Assembly (NCBI GenBank): GCA_049300695.1
Contig: JBAQKF010000032.1
Location: 8,292-72,291, forward strand
Direction: 5' to 3'
DNA length: 64,000 nt
Origin: Usitatibacter sp.
GTDB taxonomy: Bacteria; Pseudomonadota; Gammaproteobacteria; Burkholderiales; Usitatibacteraceae
Shown here: positions 54,776-64,000 of the stretch, one piece after another
How positions within the stretch are numbered: the stretch's first letter is position 1
Layout: each line of letters begins with the position of its first letter
Notes under the pieces: model-generated
The model's input: only the letters and a program-made list of their open reading frames with translations
Told to the model about the DNA's origin: nothing
The model's database searches: none
Program-made: the position numbers and the translations under genes

Positions 54776-55333
54776 TCACGACCGCTTCACAAGCTCCGCG
54801 AGGATCTCATCGGTCCCCGCCATCTCGCCGAAGCGCGGGAAGACCTTCTCCACGCTGTGGCGATGGTTCTCGGCGCTCATGTCGGTCATGGCATCGGCCG
54901 CGAAGACCACGTTGTATCCGTGATCGTAGGCGTTGCGCGCGGTCGACTCCACGCCCACGCTGGTCGAGATGCCGCACATGAAGACCTGCGTCACGGCACG
55001 GCGCCTGAGGATCATCTCGAGCGCCGTGCCGTAGAACGCCCCGACCTGCATCTTCGTCACCGTGTAGTCGGAAACCTGGCGATCGAGCTCGGGGATGAGC
55101 TCGGCCCAATCGGGCGGTGGCGAGAAGTTCCGCTTCACGTCCGTGCGCCCGGGCGCGGCGCCCGCGACGTTCACGAGGACGACCGGGAGCTTCTTCTCGC
55201 GAAAGCCGCGCGCGAGCCTTGCCACGCGAGCCGCGACCTCCGCGGCCGGATGCGCGAGCGGCAGCGCGACGATGCCCTTCTGCATGTCGATCACGACGAG
55301 GGCGGCGACGGCATCGATCTGGGTGAGTGCCAT
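54776..55333 (-). CDS. Isochorismatase-family hydrolase
   Basis: ALVVIDMQKG and catalytic Cys context VFMCGISTSVGVESTAR. Confidence 0.85.
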   Translation of the reverse strand: MALTQIDAVAALVVIDMQKGIVALPLAHPAAEVAARVARLARGFREKKLPVVLVNVAGAAPGRTDVKRNFSPPPDWAELIPELDRQVSDYTVTKMQVGAFYGTALEMILRRRAVTQVFMCGISTSVGVESTARNAYDHGYNVVFAADAMTDMSAENHRHSVEKVFPRFGEMAGTDEILAELVKRS

Positions 55334-55336
55334 GGT

Positions 55337-56119
55337 TCAGTAGACGGTCTCGACGTTCACGCTGAAGACGTAGCCGTTGCCGCGCTCCGTGCGGATGTAC
55401 TTCGGCGTGGACGGATCGGGCTCGATCTTGCGCCGAAGCCGCATGATCTGGATATCGACCGCGCGGTTGTAGACTTCGTCGTTGTGCAGGCGGGAAAGAT
55501 CCAGGAGCTGGTCCCGGTTGAGGATGCGATGCGGCGCGCCGAGAAACACGACGAGAAGGCTGAACTCGCCCTTGCTGAGCACTGCGACGTTGCCGTCCGG
55601 TGCGGTGAGCCGATGCGTGTTGAGGTTGAGCTCCCAGCCGTCGAACCGGTAGGCACGTATGCCCTCGGGGCGGCCCTGGCGCACCTCGGCATTGCGGCGG
55701 CGCAGCACCGTGCGGATGCGCGCGAGGAGCTCCCGCGGGCTGAAGGGCTTCGTCACGTAGTCATCGGCCCCAAGCTCGAGGCCCATCACGCGATCGGCCT
55801 CGTCGCTGCGCCCGGTCAGCATGATGATGGGGATCGCCGATTCGTCGCGAAGCTTCCGGGCGAGGCTCATGCCGTCCTCGGATCTCAGCTTGAGGTCGAG
55901 CACGATGAGATCCACCACTTCGCCGGCGAGTACCTCCTGCATGGCGCGCCCGTCGGCCACGGCGGTCACCCGAATGTCGTGCTTCGCGAGGTAGTCCGAG
56001 ATCATCGCCCGGATGATGGGATCGTCGTCCACTGCCAGGACGTGCGGATCCGCGGCCTGGGGCTCGGGGGCTTGCGCAATCACGTCGATGTCCGCCTTCA
56101 TATCTCCGAGGATATCCAT
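55337..56119 (-). CDS. OmpR-family two-component response regulator
   Basis: ATG at 56119 (alternative at 56101). Receiver VLAVDDD...DLIVLDLKL...TGR...DDYVTKPF. Winged helix LSKGEFSLLVVF...VDIQIMRLRRKIE...IRTERGNGYVF. Confidence 0.88.
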   Translation of the reverse strand: MDILGDMKADIDVIAQAPEPQAADPHVLAVDDDPIIRAMISDYLAKHDIRVTAVADGRAMQEVLAGEVVDLIVLDLKLRSEDGMSLARKLRDESAIPIIMLTGRSDEADRVMGLELGADDYVTKPFSPRELLARIRTVLRRRNAEVRQGRPEGIRAYRFDGWELNLNTHRLTAPDGNVAVLSKGEFSLLVVFLGAPHRILNRDQLLDLSRLHNDEVYNRAVDIQIMRLRRKIEPDPSTPKYIRTERGNGYVFSVNVETVY

Positions 56120-56133
56120 GGCCCGGCACCACG

Positions 56134-56147
56134 GTTTCAGCTGAAAC
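56134..56147. promoter_or_regulatory. Perfect 14-bp palindrome GTTTCAGCTGAAAC in the divergent promoter region of the two-component genes
   Basis: Read directly from the sequence. It lies in the 60-bp gap between the OmpR-type regulator (-) and the receiver/kinase genes (+). Confidence 0.5.
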
Positions 56148-56179
56148 GATGACGCTTCCTGCGCGCTCATCATACGAGC

Positions 56180-56566
56180 ATGGACGACGCCCGGCGAATC
56201 CTCGTCATCGAGGACGATCCCATCCTCCGCGAGCTGATGGCCGACTGGCTGCTCGCGGCGGGCTATCGCGTCGCTGTTGCCCCGGAGGGCGCATCGGGGA
56301 TCGCGGATGCGAAAGCCTGCCGCCCCGACCTCGTGGTGACGGACATCAACATGCCGGGGACGGGCGGCGCGGCCGTGATCGCGGAGCTTGGGCGAATCTA
56401 CCCGGGCCTTCCGATCATCGCGATCTCGGCGCACTTCAAGTGCGACCGCGGCCTCGCGCCCGGCCAGGCCCTCCTGCTGGGTGCGGCGCGAACGCTGGCG
56501 AAGCCCTTTCGGCGCATGGAGATGATCGGCGCCGTGAGGGAGCTCGTCGGGACGCCGGCCGCGTGA
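56180..56566 (+). CDS. Stand-alone response-regulator receiver (CheY-like) protein
   Basis: 128 aa. ILVIEDD...PDLVVTDINMPG...LAKPF. Confidence 0.85.
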   Translation: MDDARRILVIEDDPILRELMADWLLAAGYRVAVAPEGASGIADAKACRPDLVVTDINMPGTGGAAVIAELGRIYPGLPIIAISAHFKCDRGLAPGQALLLGAARTLAKPFRRMEMIGAVRELVGTPAA

Positions 56567-56570
56567 GCTG

Positions 56571-58733
56571 ATGCCGATCGCTTCGCGGGGCCTCTCGGGC
56601 TTGACGCTGAGGCGGATGCTGTTCGCGCTGGGCGCCGTGCTCCTCGGCATCAACGTCCTGTCGGCGCTGTGGGACGTGCGCAACGACCGCGAGCTGGTCG
56701 AGCGGAACGCGCGGCGCGATTTCAACAACCTCACGGCGTTGCTGGCCGACCAGACCGCGCGCTCCGTCGAATCGGTCGGCGTGTTGCTGAGTGCCGCGGC
56801 AAGCGACATCGCGTCCACCGGCGTGGGGGAGCCCTCGGCACGCGCCCTTCGCCTGAAGGATCGCATTTCCGGAATCCCCCAGATCCGCGCGGTGCTGGCA
56901 CTCGACCGCGACGGACACGTCATCGTGAGCACCGACGAGAGATCCGAGATCGGGGCCGATTACTCCGAACGAGCCTATTTCAGGATGCAGCGCGACGCGA
57001 CGGGGTCGGGCCGGTACGTGAGCGATCCGTTCCTCGGCAGGGTCACCGGCACCTGGGTGTTCGCGGTCTCCCAGCGGATCACCGATGCGGATGGACGATT
57101 CGCGGGCGTGCTCGCCGCGATCATCGACGTCAACTACTTCAACCGCCTCTACCGGTCGCTCGATCTCGGGGAGCACGGCTTCGTGACGCTCCTCACCCGG
57201 GAAGGGACGGTCGTTACGCGCGTACCGCCCCGCGAGGAATTGTTCGGCAAGAAACTCACCGACCGCGGCGAGGTGCTGGACGCCCTCAATCGGGAGGGCC
57301 GCTATTCGGGTTGGTCACCCAGCATGGTCGCGGGCCAGTCATGGCAGGTGCTGATATCCGCCGCTCCCGTTCCGCAGACGCCGCTCGTCGTCATGGTCGG
57401 CAAGCCCGATAGCAGCGTGCTCGAGCCGTGGTACACCGAATCCCTGCGGGTCGTCGTACGCACGCTGCTCACCTCGGCCGTGATGATTGCGCTCGTGTGG
57501 CTCGCGGCGCGGGAGCTCGCGCGGCGCGCGCGCGCCGACGCGCGGATGCAGGAAGATCGAAGGCTCGCGCAACTCGAGCAGGACCACCTGCAGTCGAAGC
57601 TTCGCCAGGCGGAAAAGATGGAGGCCGTCGGACGCCTGGCCGGCGGGATCGCCCACGACTTCAACAATGACCTGGGCGGGATCATCGGGTACGGCGAGAT
57701 GCTGCTCGAAGGCGCGGCGGAAGGATCGCAGGAGCAGCGCTACGCACGCAACCTCTTGATCGCAGCCAATCGGGCGCGCGACCTGGTCGACCGGATCCTC
57801 ATCTACAGCCGCAGCCAGAAAGTCGCCCGCGTGCCGGTGGACTTCGGCCGCGTCGTTCGCGACACGCTCGAAGTGATTCGCGGCACGCTCCCGGCCACGA
57901 TCTCGCTCGAGCCGTCGGTGCCCGAGGCGCCCCTCGCGGTGACCGGCGATCCCACGCAGCTGCACCAGGTCGTGATGAACCTCTGCACCAACGCGATTCA
58001 GGCGATGGGCGGCACCGGGACGCTCGCGGTTTCCCTCGAAGCGATCGACCTGGAGCAGGAGCGCGCGTTCGCGCAGGGCGCACTCGCGCCCGGGCGCTAC
58101 GCGAGCCTCGTGGTGAAGGACACAGGCGCGGGCATGGACGCCGCCACGCTGGCGCGCATCTTCGAGCCCTTCTTCACGACCAAGGACGTGGGCCGCGGCA
58201 CGGGGCTGGGCCTTTCCCTGGTCTACGGCATCGTCACGGACTCCGGCGGCGCGATCCACGTCACGAGCGAACCCGGGCGGGGAAGTGCCTTCGAAATCGT
58301 CCTCCCCCGCGCGGATGCCGAGGGCGCCGCTGCGGAGGCGCCTTCGGGACCCATCGAGCGCGGTCACGGCGAACGCGTGCTGCTCGTAGACGACGAGAAG
58401 CCGCTACTCATCATGACGGCCGAGTTGCTCACGCGCCTCGGCTACGAGCCCGTGACTTTCTCCGATCCCCATTCGGCGCTCGCATCGCTCGAGGCGATGC
58501 CCAGCGCCTACGACGTCGTGCTCACCGACGAGATGATGCCCGGGATCACGGGCACCGAGCTCACGCGCGCCGCCCTGCGCGCGCGTCGCGACCTGCCCGT
58601 CATCCTGTTCAGTGGACAGGTCGATCCGCTGCTCACGCAGCTCGCGGTCGATGCCGGCGCGAGGGAAGTCCTGAGGAAACCTGTCCAGTCGCGCGAGCTT
58701 GCGGCCGCGCTTGCGCGCGCCTTGGTCGCCTAG
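56571..58733 (+). CDS. Hybrid sensor histidine kinase: TM, periplasmic Cache-like domain, TM, HisKA, HATPase_c, C-terminal receiver
   Basis: H-box AGGIAHDFNNDL, N-box VVMNLCTNAIQA, G-boxes VKDTGAGM and GRGTGLGLS. C-terminal receiver VLLVDDE...DVVLTDEMMPG...LRKP. The periplasmic region has LDRDGHVIVST...AYF...VFAVSQRI. Confidence 0.88.
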   Translation: MPIASRGLSGLTLRRMLFALGAVLLGINVLSALWDVRNDRELVERNARRDFNNLTALLADQTARSVESVGVLLSAAASDIASTGVGEPSARALRLKDRISGIPQIRAVLALDRDGHVIVSTDERSEIGADYSERAYFRMQRDATGSGRYVSDPFLGRVTGTWVFAVSQRITDADGRFAGVLAAIIDVNYFNRLYRSLDLGEHGFVTLLTREGTVVTRVPPREELFGKKLTDRGEVLDALNREGRYSGWSPSMVAGQSWQVLISAAPVPQTPLVVMVGKPDSSVLEPWYTESLRVVVRTLLTSAVMIALVWLAARELARRARADARMQEDRRLAQLEQDHLQSKLRQAEKMEAVGRLAGGIAHDFNNDLGGIIGYGEMLLEGAAEGSQEQRYARNLLIAANRARDLVDRILIYSRSQKVARVPVDFGRVVRDTLEVIRGTLPATISLEPSVPEAPLAVTGDPTQLHQVVMNLCTNAIQAMGGTGTLAVSLEAIDLEQERAFAQGALAPGRYASLVVKDTGAGMDAATLARIFEPFFTTKDVGRGTGLGLSLVYGIVTDSGGAIHVTSEPGRGSAFEIVLPRADAEGAAAEAPSGPIERGHGERVLLVDDEKPLLIMTAELLTRLGYEPVTFSDPHSALASLEAMPSAYDVVLTDEMMPGITGTELTRAALRARRDLPVILFSGQVDPLLTQLAVDAGAREVLRKPVQSRELAAALARALVA

Positions 58734-58742
58734 CCGGGTCGG

Positions 58743-58769
58743 CCTCGCCGGATTCGAGCACCGGCGAGG
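58743..58769. terminator. Hairpin between convergent genes (possible terminator, no U-tract)
   Basis: 9-bp stem CCTCGCCGG (58743-58751) / CCGGCGAGG (58761-58769) with a 9-nt loop. Confidence 0.35.
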
Positions 58770-58788
58770 TCCCAACATCCGCACGCCG

Positions 58789-59205
58789 TCATTCGCCGGC
58801 GTCACCCGCGACTGCCGCGGTCGCCACGGCCCGGTTCGCGGCCGGATGAACGGTGTCCATCAGGATGTAGCCGTCGCCCTCAGCCATCTGCCGCGCGAAC
58901 ACCTTGTCCCGCTGCAGCTGGAGCGCCGTCTCCGGAGCGACCGGTCCTCGCGTCACCGTGAACAGCGGGTAGAAGCCATCGGTGACCGACATCTGCCGCA
59001 GGACCTCCTGGTCGCGTTGCAACTCGCGCGCAGTCTCCGGCTTCACCGGCTTTTGCGGCGACCGGTCCGGGTATTGCGAATAGTAGCCGTCGCCCTCCGC
59101 CATCTGCTGCTCGACGGAGAAGCTGTTGTCCGCGGCCTGGGAGCTCAGGGTGGAAGCGGCCGCAACCAGCGCACTGGCGATAAGAAATGTCTTGCGGGTA
59201 TTCAT
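58789..59205 (-). CDS. Small secreted protein with ~2.5 internal repeats
   Basis: ATG at 59205 after AAAGGAAAG. Signal peptide MNTRKTFLIASALVAAASTLSSQA. The repeated unit QM(A/S)xxDG(Y/F)Y...PV.PETA..LQRD....R occurs 2.5 times. Confidence 0.6.
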   Translation of the reverse strand: MNTRKTFLIASALVAAASTLSSQAADNSFSVEQQMAEGDGYYSQYPDRSPQKPVKPETARELQRDQEVLRQMSVTDGFYPLFTVTRGPVAPETALQLQRDKVFARQMAEGDGYILMDTVHPAANRAVATAAVAGDAGE

Positions 59206-59295
59206 GATCTTTCCTTTGCAGGGTGTTCGTCGGATTGACGTGAGTGCATTTGGAACTCCGCGCGTCTCGACTTCGTTTCTCGCTCGCCGCATCGC

Positions 59296-59348
59296 GTTTC
59301 ACGCGAAACAAAGGGTGCCACGCGTCGCCTCGGTTTCGTCTGAAACCG
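59296..59348. promoter_or_regulatory. Two GTTTC-N4-GAAAC inverted repeats in a 218-bp divergent intergenic region
   Basis: GTTTCACGCGAAAC at 59296-59309 and CGGTTTCGTCTGAAACCG at 59331-59348. Additional GAAAC and GTTTC half-sites are nearby (59275, 59363, 59389). Confidence 0.45.
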
Positions 59349-59423
59349 CCGCCTGCCGGCTCGAAACCGATTCGCGATGCGCCGCCGCGAAACTGGCTGC
59401 GAACTTCAAGGAGAAATGAATCC

Positions 59424-60428
59424 ATGGAAACACTTCGCATCGGAACCTCCGGGATCACCGCCTCGCGCATCGGGCTGGGAACCTGGGCCATCGGCGGCTG
59501 GATGTGGGGCGGCAGCACCGACCTCGACGAATCGGTCCAGACCATCCGCACCGCCGTCGAACGCGGTATCACGCTGGTCGACACCGCGCCCGTCTACGGC
59601 TTCGGCCGCTCCGAAGAAATCGTCGGCGCGGCGCTCTCGGCGGGCCTGCGGCACAAGGCGGTCATCGCAACGAAGGTGGGGCTTGAGTGGCATGGCGGCA
59701 ACGTGCGGCGCAACTCCTCGCCGGCACGCATCCGCAAGGAGGCCGACGAATCGTTGCGGCGCCTGCGCACCGACTACATAGACCTCTACCAGGTGCACTG
59801 GCCCGATCCGCTGGTTCCCATCCAGGAAACCGCCGGCGCGGTCGCGAGCCTCCTGAAAGAAGGAAAAATTCGCGCCATCGGCGTCTCCAATTACTCGGCG
59901 GCGCAGATGGACGAGTTTCGCGAGGCCGCTCCGATCCACTCGGTGCAGCCCCCGTTCAACCTCTTCGAGCGCGAAGCGCAAGAGGAAGTCCTTCCCTACG
60001 CGTCGCGACACGACATGGCGGTCCTGTGCTACGGCGCGCTGTGCCGCGGATTGCTGACCGGAAAGATCACCGCCACCACCCTCTTCAAGGGCGACGACCT
60101 GCGGCGCAGCGATCCCAAGTTCCGCCAGCCGCGCCTGTCGCAGTACCTCGAGGCGGTCGCGGCCTTGAACCGCTATGCAAGCGAGCGCTACGGGCAGGAC
60201 GTGCTCGCCCTCGCGGTGCGATGGGTGCTCGACCAGGGCGACACCATTGCACTCTGGGGCGCGCGGCATCCGTCGCAGCTCGACCCCGGAGCGAACGCGA
60301 TGGGATGGGAGCTCGACTCGCTCGCAATGGAGCGCATCGACGCGATTCTCGCTCAGGCCGTGAAAGATCCCATCGGCCCCGAATTCATGGCACCGCCGTC
60401 GCGTGACCACGCGGCCGTGGCGGCCTAA
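59424..60428 (+). CDS. Aldo/keto reductase
   Basis: ATG at 59424, 9 nt after AGGAGA. LGTWAIGG, DTAPVYGFGRSEEIVG, YIDLYQVHWPD and IGVSNY. Confidence 0.9.
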   Translation: METLRIGTSGITASRIGLGTWAIGGWMWGGSTDLDESVQTIRTAVERGITLVDTAPVYGFGRSEEIVGAALSAGLRHKAVIATKVGLEWHGGNVRRNSSPARIRKEADESLRRLRTDYIDLYQVHWPDPLVPIQETAGAVASLLKEGKIRAIGVSNYSAAQMDEFREAAPIHSVQPPFNLFEREAQEEVLPYASRHDMAVLCYGALCRGLLTGKITATTLFKGDDLRRSDPKFRQPRLSQYLEAVAALNRYASERYGQDVLALAVRWVLDQGDTIALWGARHPSQLDPGANAMGWELDSLAMERIDAILAQAVKDPIGPEFMAPPSRDHAAVAA

Positions 60429-60438
60429 GGAGACCCAC

Positions 60439-61362
60439 ATGAAGATTGGAATCGCTGGAACCGGACGCATGGGCACGGCGATCGTGCGGCGCCTGATCAA
60501 GTGCGGACATGAAGTCAGGGTCTGGAACCGTACCGGCGACAACGCTAGCGAAGCGCGAGCCGCGGGCGCCGTGTGGGCGCCGATGCTCGCCGAACTGGTG
60601 AACGATTCGCAGGTAGTGATCTCATTCCTGCTCGACAACGCCGCGGTCGAACACGTGTACCTCGGTACCGACGGGATGCTCGCCGGCCAGGTTGAAGGGC
60701 GCCTCTTCATCGACATGAGCACCGTGAGCCCGGAAACGCACGGCCGGATCGCCCCGGTGATGGCATTGCGCGAAGCCGGCTTCATCGAGTGTCCCGTGAG
60801 CGGATCGACAAACGCCGCGCAAGCGGGAAATCTGGTTGGCTTCGCCGGCGGAGCCGAGAGCGACTTCGCCCGCGCTCAGCCATTGCTCGCGCAGCTTTGC
60901 CGGCGTGTCGAGCATGTCGGGCGGATCGGCGCCGGCGCGCGGATGAAGCTTGCGGCCAACCTGCTTCTCGTCGTTTTCTGGCAAGCGCTGGGCGAGGCTC
61001 TGCTCCTTGCCGATTCTCCGGCAACGGAGGCCTCACGCGCGATCGACCTCCTGGCCGATTCGAACATCGGAGCGGCGATCCTGCGGGCGAGGGGTTCGCA
61101 AATCGTTGCGGCCATGAATGGCGCCGCGCTGGGCATACCCGCATTCGACGTCGACACGATGTGCAAGGACCTGAGGTACATGGCCCGGGAAGCGACGGCT
61201 GTCGGGATCTCGCTTCCGCTGGTGGAGCGCGCGCTGGAATGTTTCGACCGCGCGTCGCACGAAGGAATGGGCGGCCTCGATAGCGTGGCCTATCCGGCGT
61301 ACCTCATCAACCAGCAAAGGAGAGCCGCGAGGCCCCTTGGCGGTGGCAGGGCGACTCAATGA
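60439..61362 (+). CDS. NAD(P)-dependent oxidoreductase (3-hydroxyisobutyrate / 6-phosphogluconate dehydrogenase-like family)
   Basis: ATG at 60439 after AAGGAGA. MKIGIAGTGRMGTAI Rossmann motif, DMSTVSP, PVSGS and GAGARMKLAANLL. Confidence 0.85.
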   Translation: MKIGIAGTGRMGTAIVRRLIKCGHEVRVWNRTGDNASEARAAGAVWAPMLAELVNDSQVVISFLLDNAAVEHVYLGTDGMLAGQVEGRLFIDMSTVSPETHGRIAPVMALREAGFIECPVSGSTNAAQAGNLVGFAGGAESDFARAQPLLAQLCRRVEHVGRIGAGARMKLAANLLLVVFWQALGEALLLADSPATEASRAIDLLADSNIGAAILRARGSQIVAAMNGAALGIPAFDVDTMCKDLRYMAREATAVGISLPLVERALECFDRASHEGMGGLDSVAYPAYLINQQRRAARPLGGGRATQ

Positions 61363-61459
61363 GAGTTCAATGCTTCCAACGCTGATCGGCTTGATCCAGG
61401 CGGGCCCGGTGATAACGGCCACCTTCGTCGCATACGCCCTTGAAGCCTTAGAAGCGGCG

Positions 61460-62635
61460 ATGGTTGTGCTCGGTGCCCACAAGCGGGAACTGGCCGTCGC
61501 CGCTTTGATCCTGCTCACGGTTTCCGCGGCCGGATGCGGCGAAGGGAACGCGGCCTCTCATTCCCCCGCTCCGGTCCCGGAAGTCTCGGTGGTCACCGTC
61601 CACAAGACGAGTGTTCCCGTGACGATGGAGCTTCCCGGCCGCACGACGCCGGTGGTCGTTGCGCAGGTTCGCGGACGCGTGGACGGCATCGTCCTCGCTC
61701 GTGACTTTCGCGAAGGCGCCGACGTGAACGCGCACCAGCGGCTTTTCCAGATCGATCCCGCGCCGTATCGCGCGGCGCTCGACAGCGCCGAGGCCGCGCT
61801 CGCGCGCGCGCAGGCCAATCTCGCCGCGGCCACGGTGCTCGCCGAGCGCTACAAGATCCTTCTCGGGGGCAACGGCGTGGCCAAGCAGGACTACGACAAT
61901 GCCGTCGCAGCGCAGGGCCAATCCGCCGCCGACGTGGCCTCGGGGAAAGCCGCGGTGCAGATCGCGCGCATCAACCTCGGCTACACGGACGTGACCTCGC
62001 CGATCAAGGGACGCATCGGTCCGTCGACGGTGACCCCGGGCGCCTACGTGCAGGCGAGCGCCGCCACGCTGATGGCCACCGTCCAGCAGCTTGATCCGAT
62101 CTACGTGGACCTCAACCAGTCGAGCGTGCAGGGCCTGCAACTGCGCCGCAATGTGGCGAACGGCAAGCTCAAGCTGAATGGCCCCGGCCAGGCGCGGGTC
62201 ACGCTCCTGCTCGAGGATGGCACTAAGTATCCGCTACCCGGCACGCTCCAGTTCACCGACGTGACGGTCGATCCGGGCACCGGCTCGGTCACCGTGCGCG
62301 CGTTGTTCCCCAATCCCCAGGGCGTGCTCCTGCCCGGAATGTTCGTCCGGGCGCGCATCGAGGAAGGCGTGAACGACAACGTCGTGCTCGTCCCCCAGGT
62401 CGGCGTCACCCATGACGCGACGGGCAAGGCCACGGCGCTGGTGGTAGGCGCCGACAGCAAGGTAACGCTACGCGCCATCCAGGCCACGCGGACATCGGGC
62501 AGCGACTGGGTCGTCGAGGGCGGATTGAACGACGGCGAGAAGATCATCGTGGCGGGCGTGCAGAAAGTGCAGCCCGGAGCGACGGTTCGCGCCGTCGAAG
62601 CCGCCGCCTCCCCCGCTTCCCTCGCATCGAACTGA
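61460..62635 (+). CDS. RND efflux periplasmic adaptor (membrane fusion protein, AcrA/MexA-like lipoprotein)
   Basis: ATG at 61460 gives the lipobox LLTVSAAGC (alternative ATG at 61370). [48 protein letters not shown] and GMFVRARI. Confidence 0.88.
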   Translation: MVVLGAHKRELAVAALILLTVSAAGCGEGNAASHSPAPVPEVSVVTVHKTSVPVTMELPGRTTPVVVAQVRGRVDGIVLARDFREGADVNAHQRLFQIDPAPYRAALDSAEAALARAQANLAAATVLAERYKILLGGNGVAKQDYDNAVAAQGQSAADVASGKAAVQIARINLGYTDVTSPIKGRIGPSTVTPGAYVQASAATLMATVQQLDPIYVDLNQSSVQGLQLRRNVANGKLKLNGPGQARVTLLLEDGTKYPLPGTLQFTDVTVDPGTGSVTVRALFPNPQGVLLPGMFVRARIEEGVNDNVVLVPQVGVTHDATGKATALVVGADSKVTLRAIQATRTSGSDWVVEGGLNDGEKIIVAGVQKVQPGATVRAVEAAASPASLASN

Positions 62636-62642
62636 GAGCGAC

Positions 62643-64000
62643 ATGGCCAGGTTCTTCATTAATCGCCCCATCTTCGCGATCGTCATCGCGATCATCATCA
62701 TGCTGGCGGGCGCGCTCTCGATCTCGAAGCTCCCGGTCGAGCAGTACCCGCCCATCGCGCCGCCCAGCGTGCAGATCGCGACGAGCTACCCGGGTGCTTC
62801 CGCCGTCACCGTAAATGACGTCGTCGTCCAGGTGATCGAGCAGCAGATGAGCGGCATCGACAACTTGATCTACATGTCCTCCGTGAGCGACGACAGCGGC
62901 CAGTCCACGACGACCCTCACCTTCGCGCCGGGCACCAATCCCGACATCGCGCAGGTGCAGGTGCAGAACAAGCTCCAGCTCGCCGTCCCGCTGCTTCCGC
63001 AGCAGGTGCAGCAAACCGGCGTTCGCGTGACCAAGTCGACCAACGCGTTCTTGATGTTCGTGGGCTTCATCTCCACGGACCACAGCATGTCGAAGTACGA
63101 CATCGCCAACTATGTCGTGTCGCACGTCCAGGATCCCATCAGCCGCGTGAACGGAGTGGGGAACTTCAACGTGCTGGGAACCCAGTACGCGATGCGCGTG
63201 TGGCTCGACCTCGACAAGCTGAACGCCTACGCGCTCACGCCGATCGACGTGAGCAACGCGCTCATCGCCCAGAACGTGCAGATCTCCAGCGGCCAGCTTG
63301 GCGGCACGCCCGCGGTGCCCAACCAGCAGCTCACGGCGACGATCACCGAGGCGACGCTGCTGAGGACCCCGGAGCAATTCGGCGCCGTGGTCCTGAAGGC
63401 GCTGCCCGACGGCTCGCAGGTGCGGCTTCGCGACGTGGCCCGCATCGGCCTGGGCGCCGAGAACTTCATAATCGACAACAAGTACAACGGGCAGCCCGCG
63501 TCCGGGATGGGCATCCAGCTAGCGACCGGCGCCAACGCGCTCGCGACGGCGCAGGCCGTGCGCGCCAAGATCGAGGAGCTGAAGCCCTACTTTCCCCCGG
63601 GGCTCGCGGTCGTCTACCCCAACGACACGACGCCGTTCATCAGGATCTCGATCCAGGAAGTGGTGAAGACGCTGCTCATCGGCATCGTGCTGGTGGTGCT
63701 CGTGATGTACCTCTTCCTGCAGAGCATCCGCGCGACGCTCATCCCGGCGATCGCGGTGCCCGTGGTGCTGCTGGGCACGTTCGGCCTCATGGCCGCGGCC
63801 GGCTTCACGATCAACATCCTCTCGATGTTCGGCCTGGTGCTCGCGATCGGCCTGCTGGTCGACGATGCCATCGTGGTGGTGGAAAACGTCGAGCGCGTGA
63901 TGGTCGAGGACAAGCTCTCCGCGAAGGAGGCGACCACCAAAGCGATGAGCCAGATCACCGGCGCGCTCATCGGCGTGGCGATGGTGCTCTCCGCGGTCTT
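62643..64000 (+). CDS. RND multidrug efflux permease (AcrB/MexB-like), 3'-truncated by the window edge
   Basis: Absent from the ORF track because no stop occurs before the window end. My translation from ATG 62643 is [71 protein letters not shown], the canonical AcrB N-terminus. The frame stays open to 64000. Confidence 0.92.
   Translation, partial: MARFFINRPIFAIVIAIIIMLAGALSISKLPVEQYPPIAPPSVQIATSYPGASAVTVNDVVVQVIEQQMSGIDNLIYMSSVSDDSGQSTTTLTFAPGTNPDIAQVQVQNKLQLAVPLLPQQVQQTGVRVTKSTNAFLMFVGFISTDHSMSKYDIANYVVSHVQDPISRVNGVGNFNVLGTQYAMRVWLDLDKLNAYALTPIDVSNALIAQNVQISSGQLGGTPAVPNQQLTATITEATLLRTPEQFGAVVLKALPDGSQVRLRDVARIGLGAENFIIDNKYNGQPASGMGIQLATGANALATAQAVRAKIEELKPYFPPGLAVVYPNDTTPFIRISIQEVVKTLLIGIVLVVLVMYLFLQSIRATLIPAIAVPVVLLGTFGLMAAAGFTINILSMFGLVLAIGLLVDDAIVVVENVERVMVEDKLSAKEATTKAMSQITGALIGVAMVLSAV

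Noticed and set aside
1-64000. Mobile genetic element, prophage, genomic island boundaries, tRNA/rRNA/tmRNA genes, toxin-antitoxin pairs
   Set aside because: No integrase, transposase, recombinase, phage structural or plasmid genes were recognised. I saw no cloverleaf-like tRNA sequence or rRNA-like stretch, and no obvious GC-composition break apart from the short AT-richer core of the 4890-5023 element. A proper tRNAscan/Infernal run would be needed to exclude small RNAs.

Overview
GC-rich, very gene-dense chromosomal segment with about 60 CDS and intergenic gaps mostly under 100 bp. It looks like a Gram-negative, probably beta- or gamma-proteobacterial, genome: Bug/TctC-type binding protein, Liv-type ABC system, RND efflux genes, TonB-C domain, REP-like palindromes. 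I saw no rRNA, tRNA, CRISPR array, transposase, integrase or phage genes. Many of the longest ORFs in the track are GC-bias artefacts: antisense frames, or Arg/Ala/Gly/Pro-rich N-terminal extensions. I trimmed starts to positions that give signal peptides, known N-termini or ATGA/GTGA translational coupling.

Content falls into five groups.

1. Three fatty-acid beta-oxidation gene sets:
- 1979-10149, which includes an acyl-CoA dehydrogenase plus APH-type kinase plus SDR plus acyl-CoA ligase set resembling the lva / ACAD10-11 4-hydroxyacyl-CoA route.
- 15137-19286, an ACAD pair, a quinone oxidoreductase and an IclR regulator.
- 38178-46459, SDR, ECH/HACD, rhodanese, thioesterase, thiolase, FadE and a TetR regulator with a PsrA-like operator.

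2. A LivFGMH-plus-binding-protein ABC importer (10173-15011).

3. The most unusual block (26472-34884), six genes in one direction:
- a GAF-PP2C phosphatase;
- an RsbW-like kinase fused in frame to its STAS substrate domain;
- an ECF sigma factor;
- a membrane anti-sigma factor whose extracytoplasmic part is about 39 tandem 10-residue (30-bp) AFQALAxxAx repeats;
- a 982-aa secreted HExxH / PD40-propeller / beta-rich protein;
- a PrsW-family intramembrane protease.

4. Housekeeping and accessory genes: metY, a PLD-family lipoprotein, an SPFH/NfeD pair, hydrolases and oxidoreductases.

5. A two-component cluster (OmpR-type regulator, stand-alone receiver, hybrid Cache kinase) and the start of an RND efflux operon that runs off the 3' edge.

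Non-coding or structural signals:
- a 134-bp inverted-repeat element that supplies the stop codon of the kinase gene;
- a GGGGTCAGA(C/G)CCC palindrome family, with two copies between convergent genes and one inserted in frame in the linker of a FadB-like gene;
- a REP pair;
- a recurring GTTTC-N4-GAAAC palindrome in two divergent promoter regions next to the two-component system.

All functional calls come from motif recognition by eye. No database search was possible.
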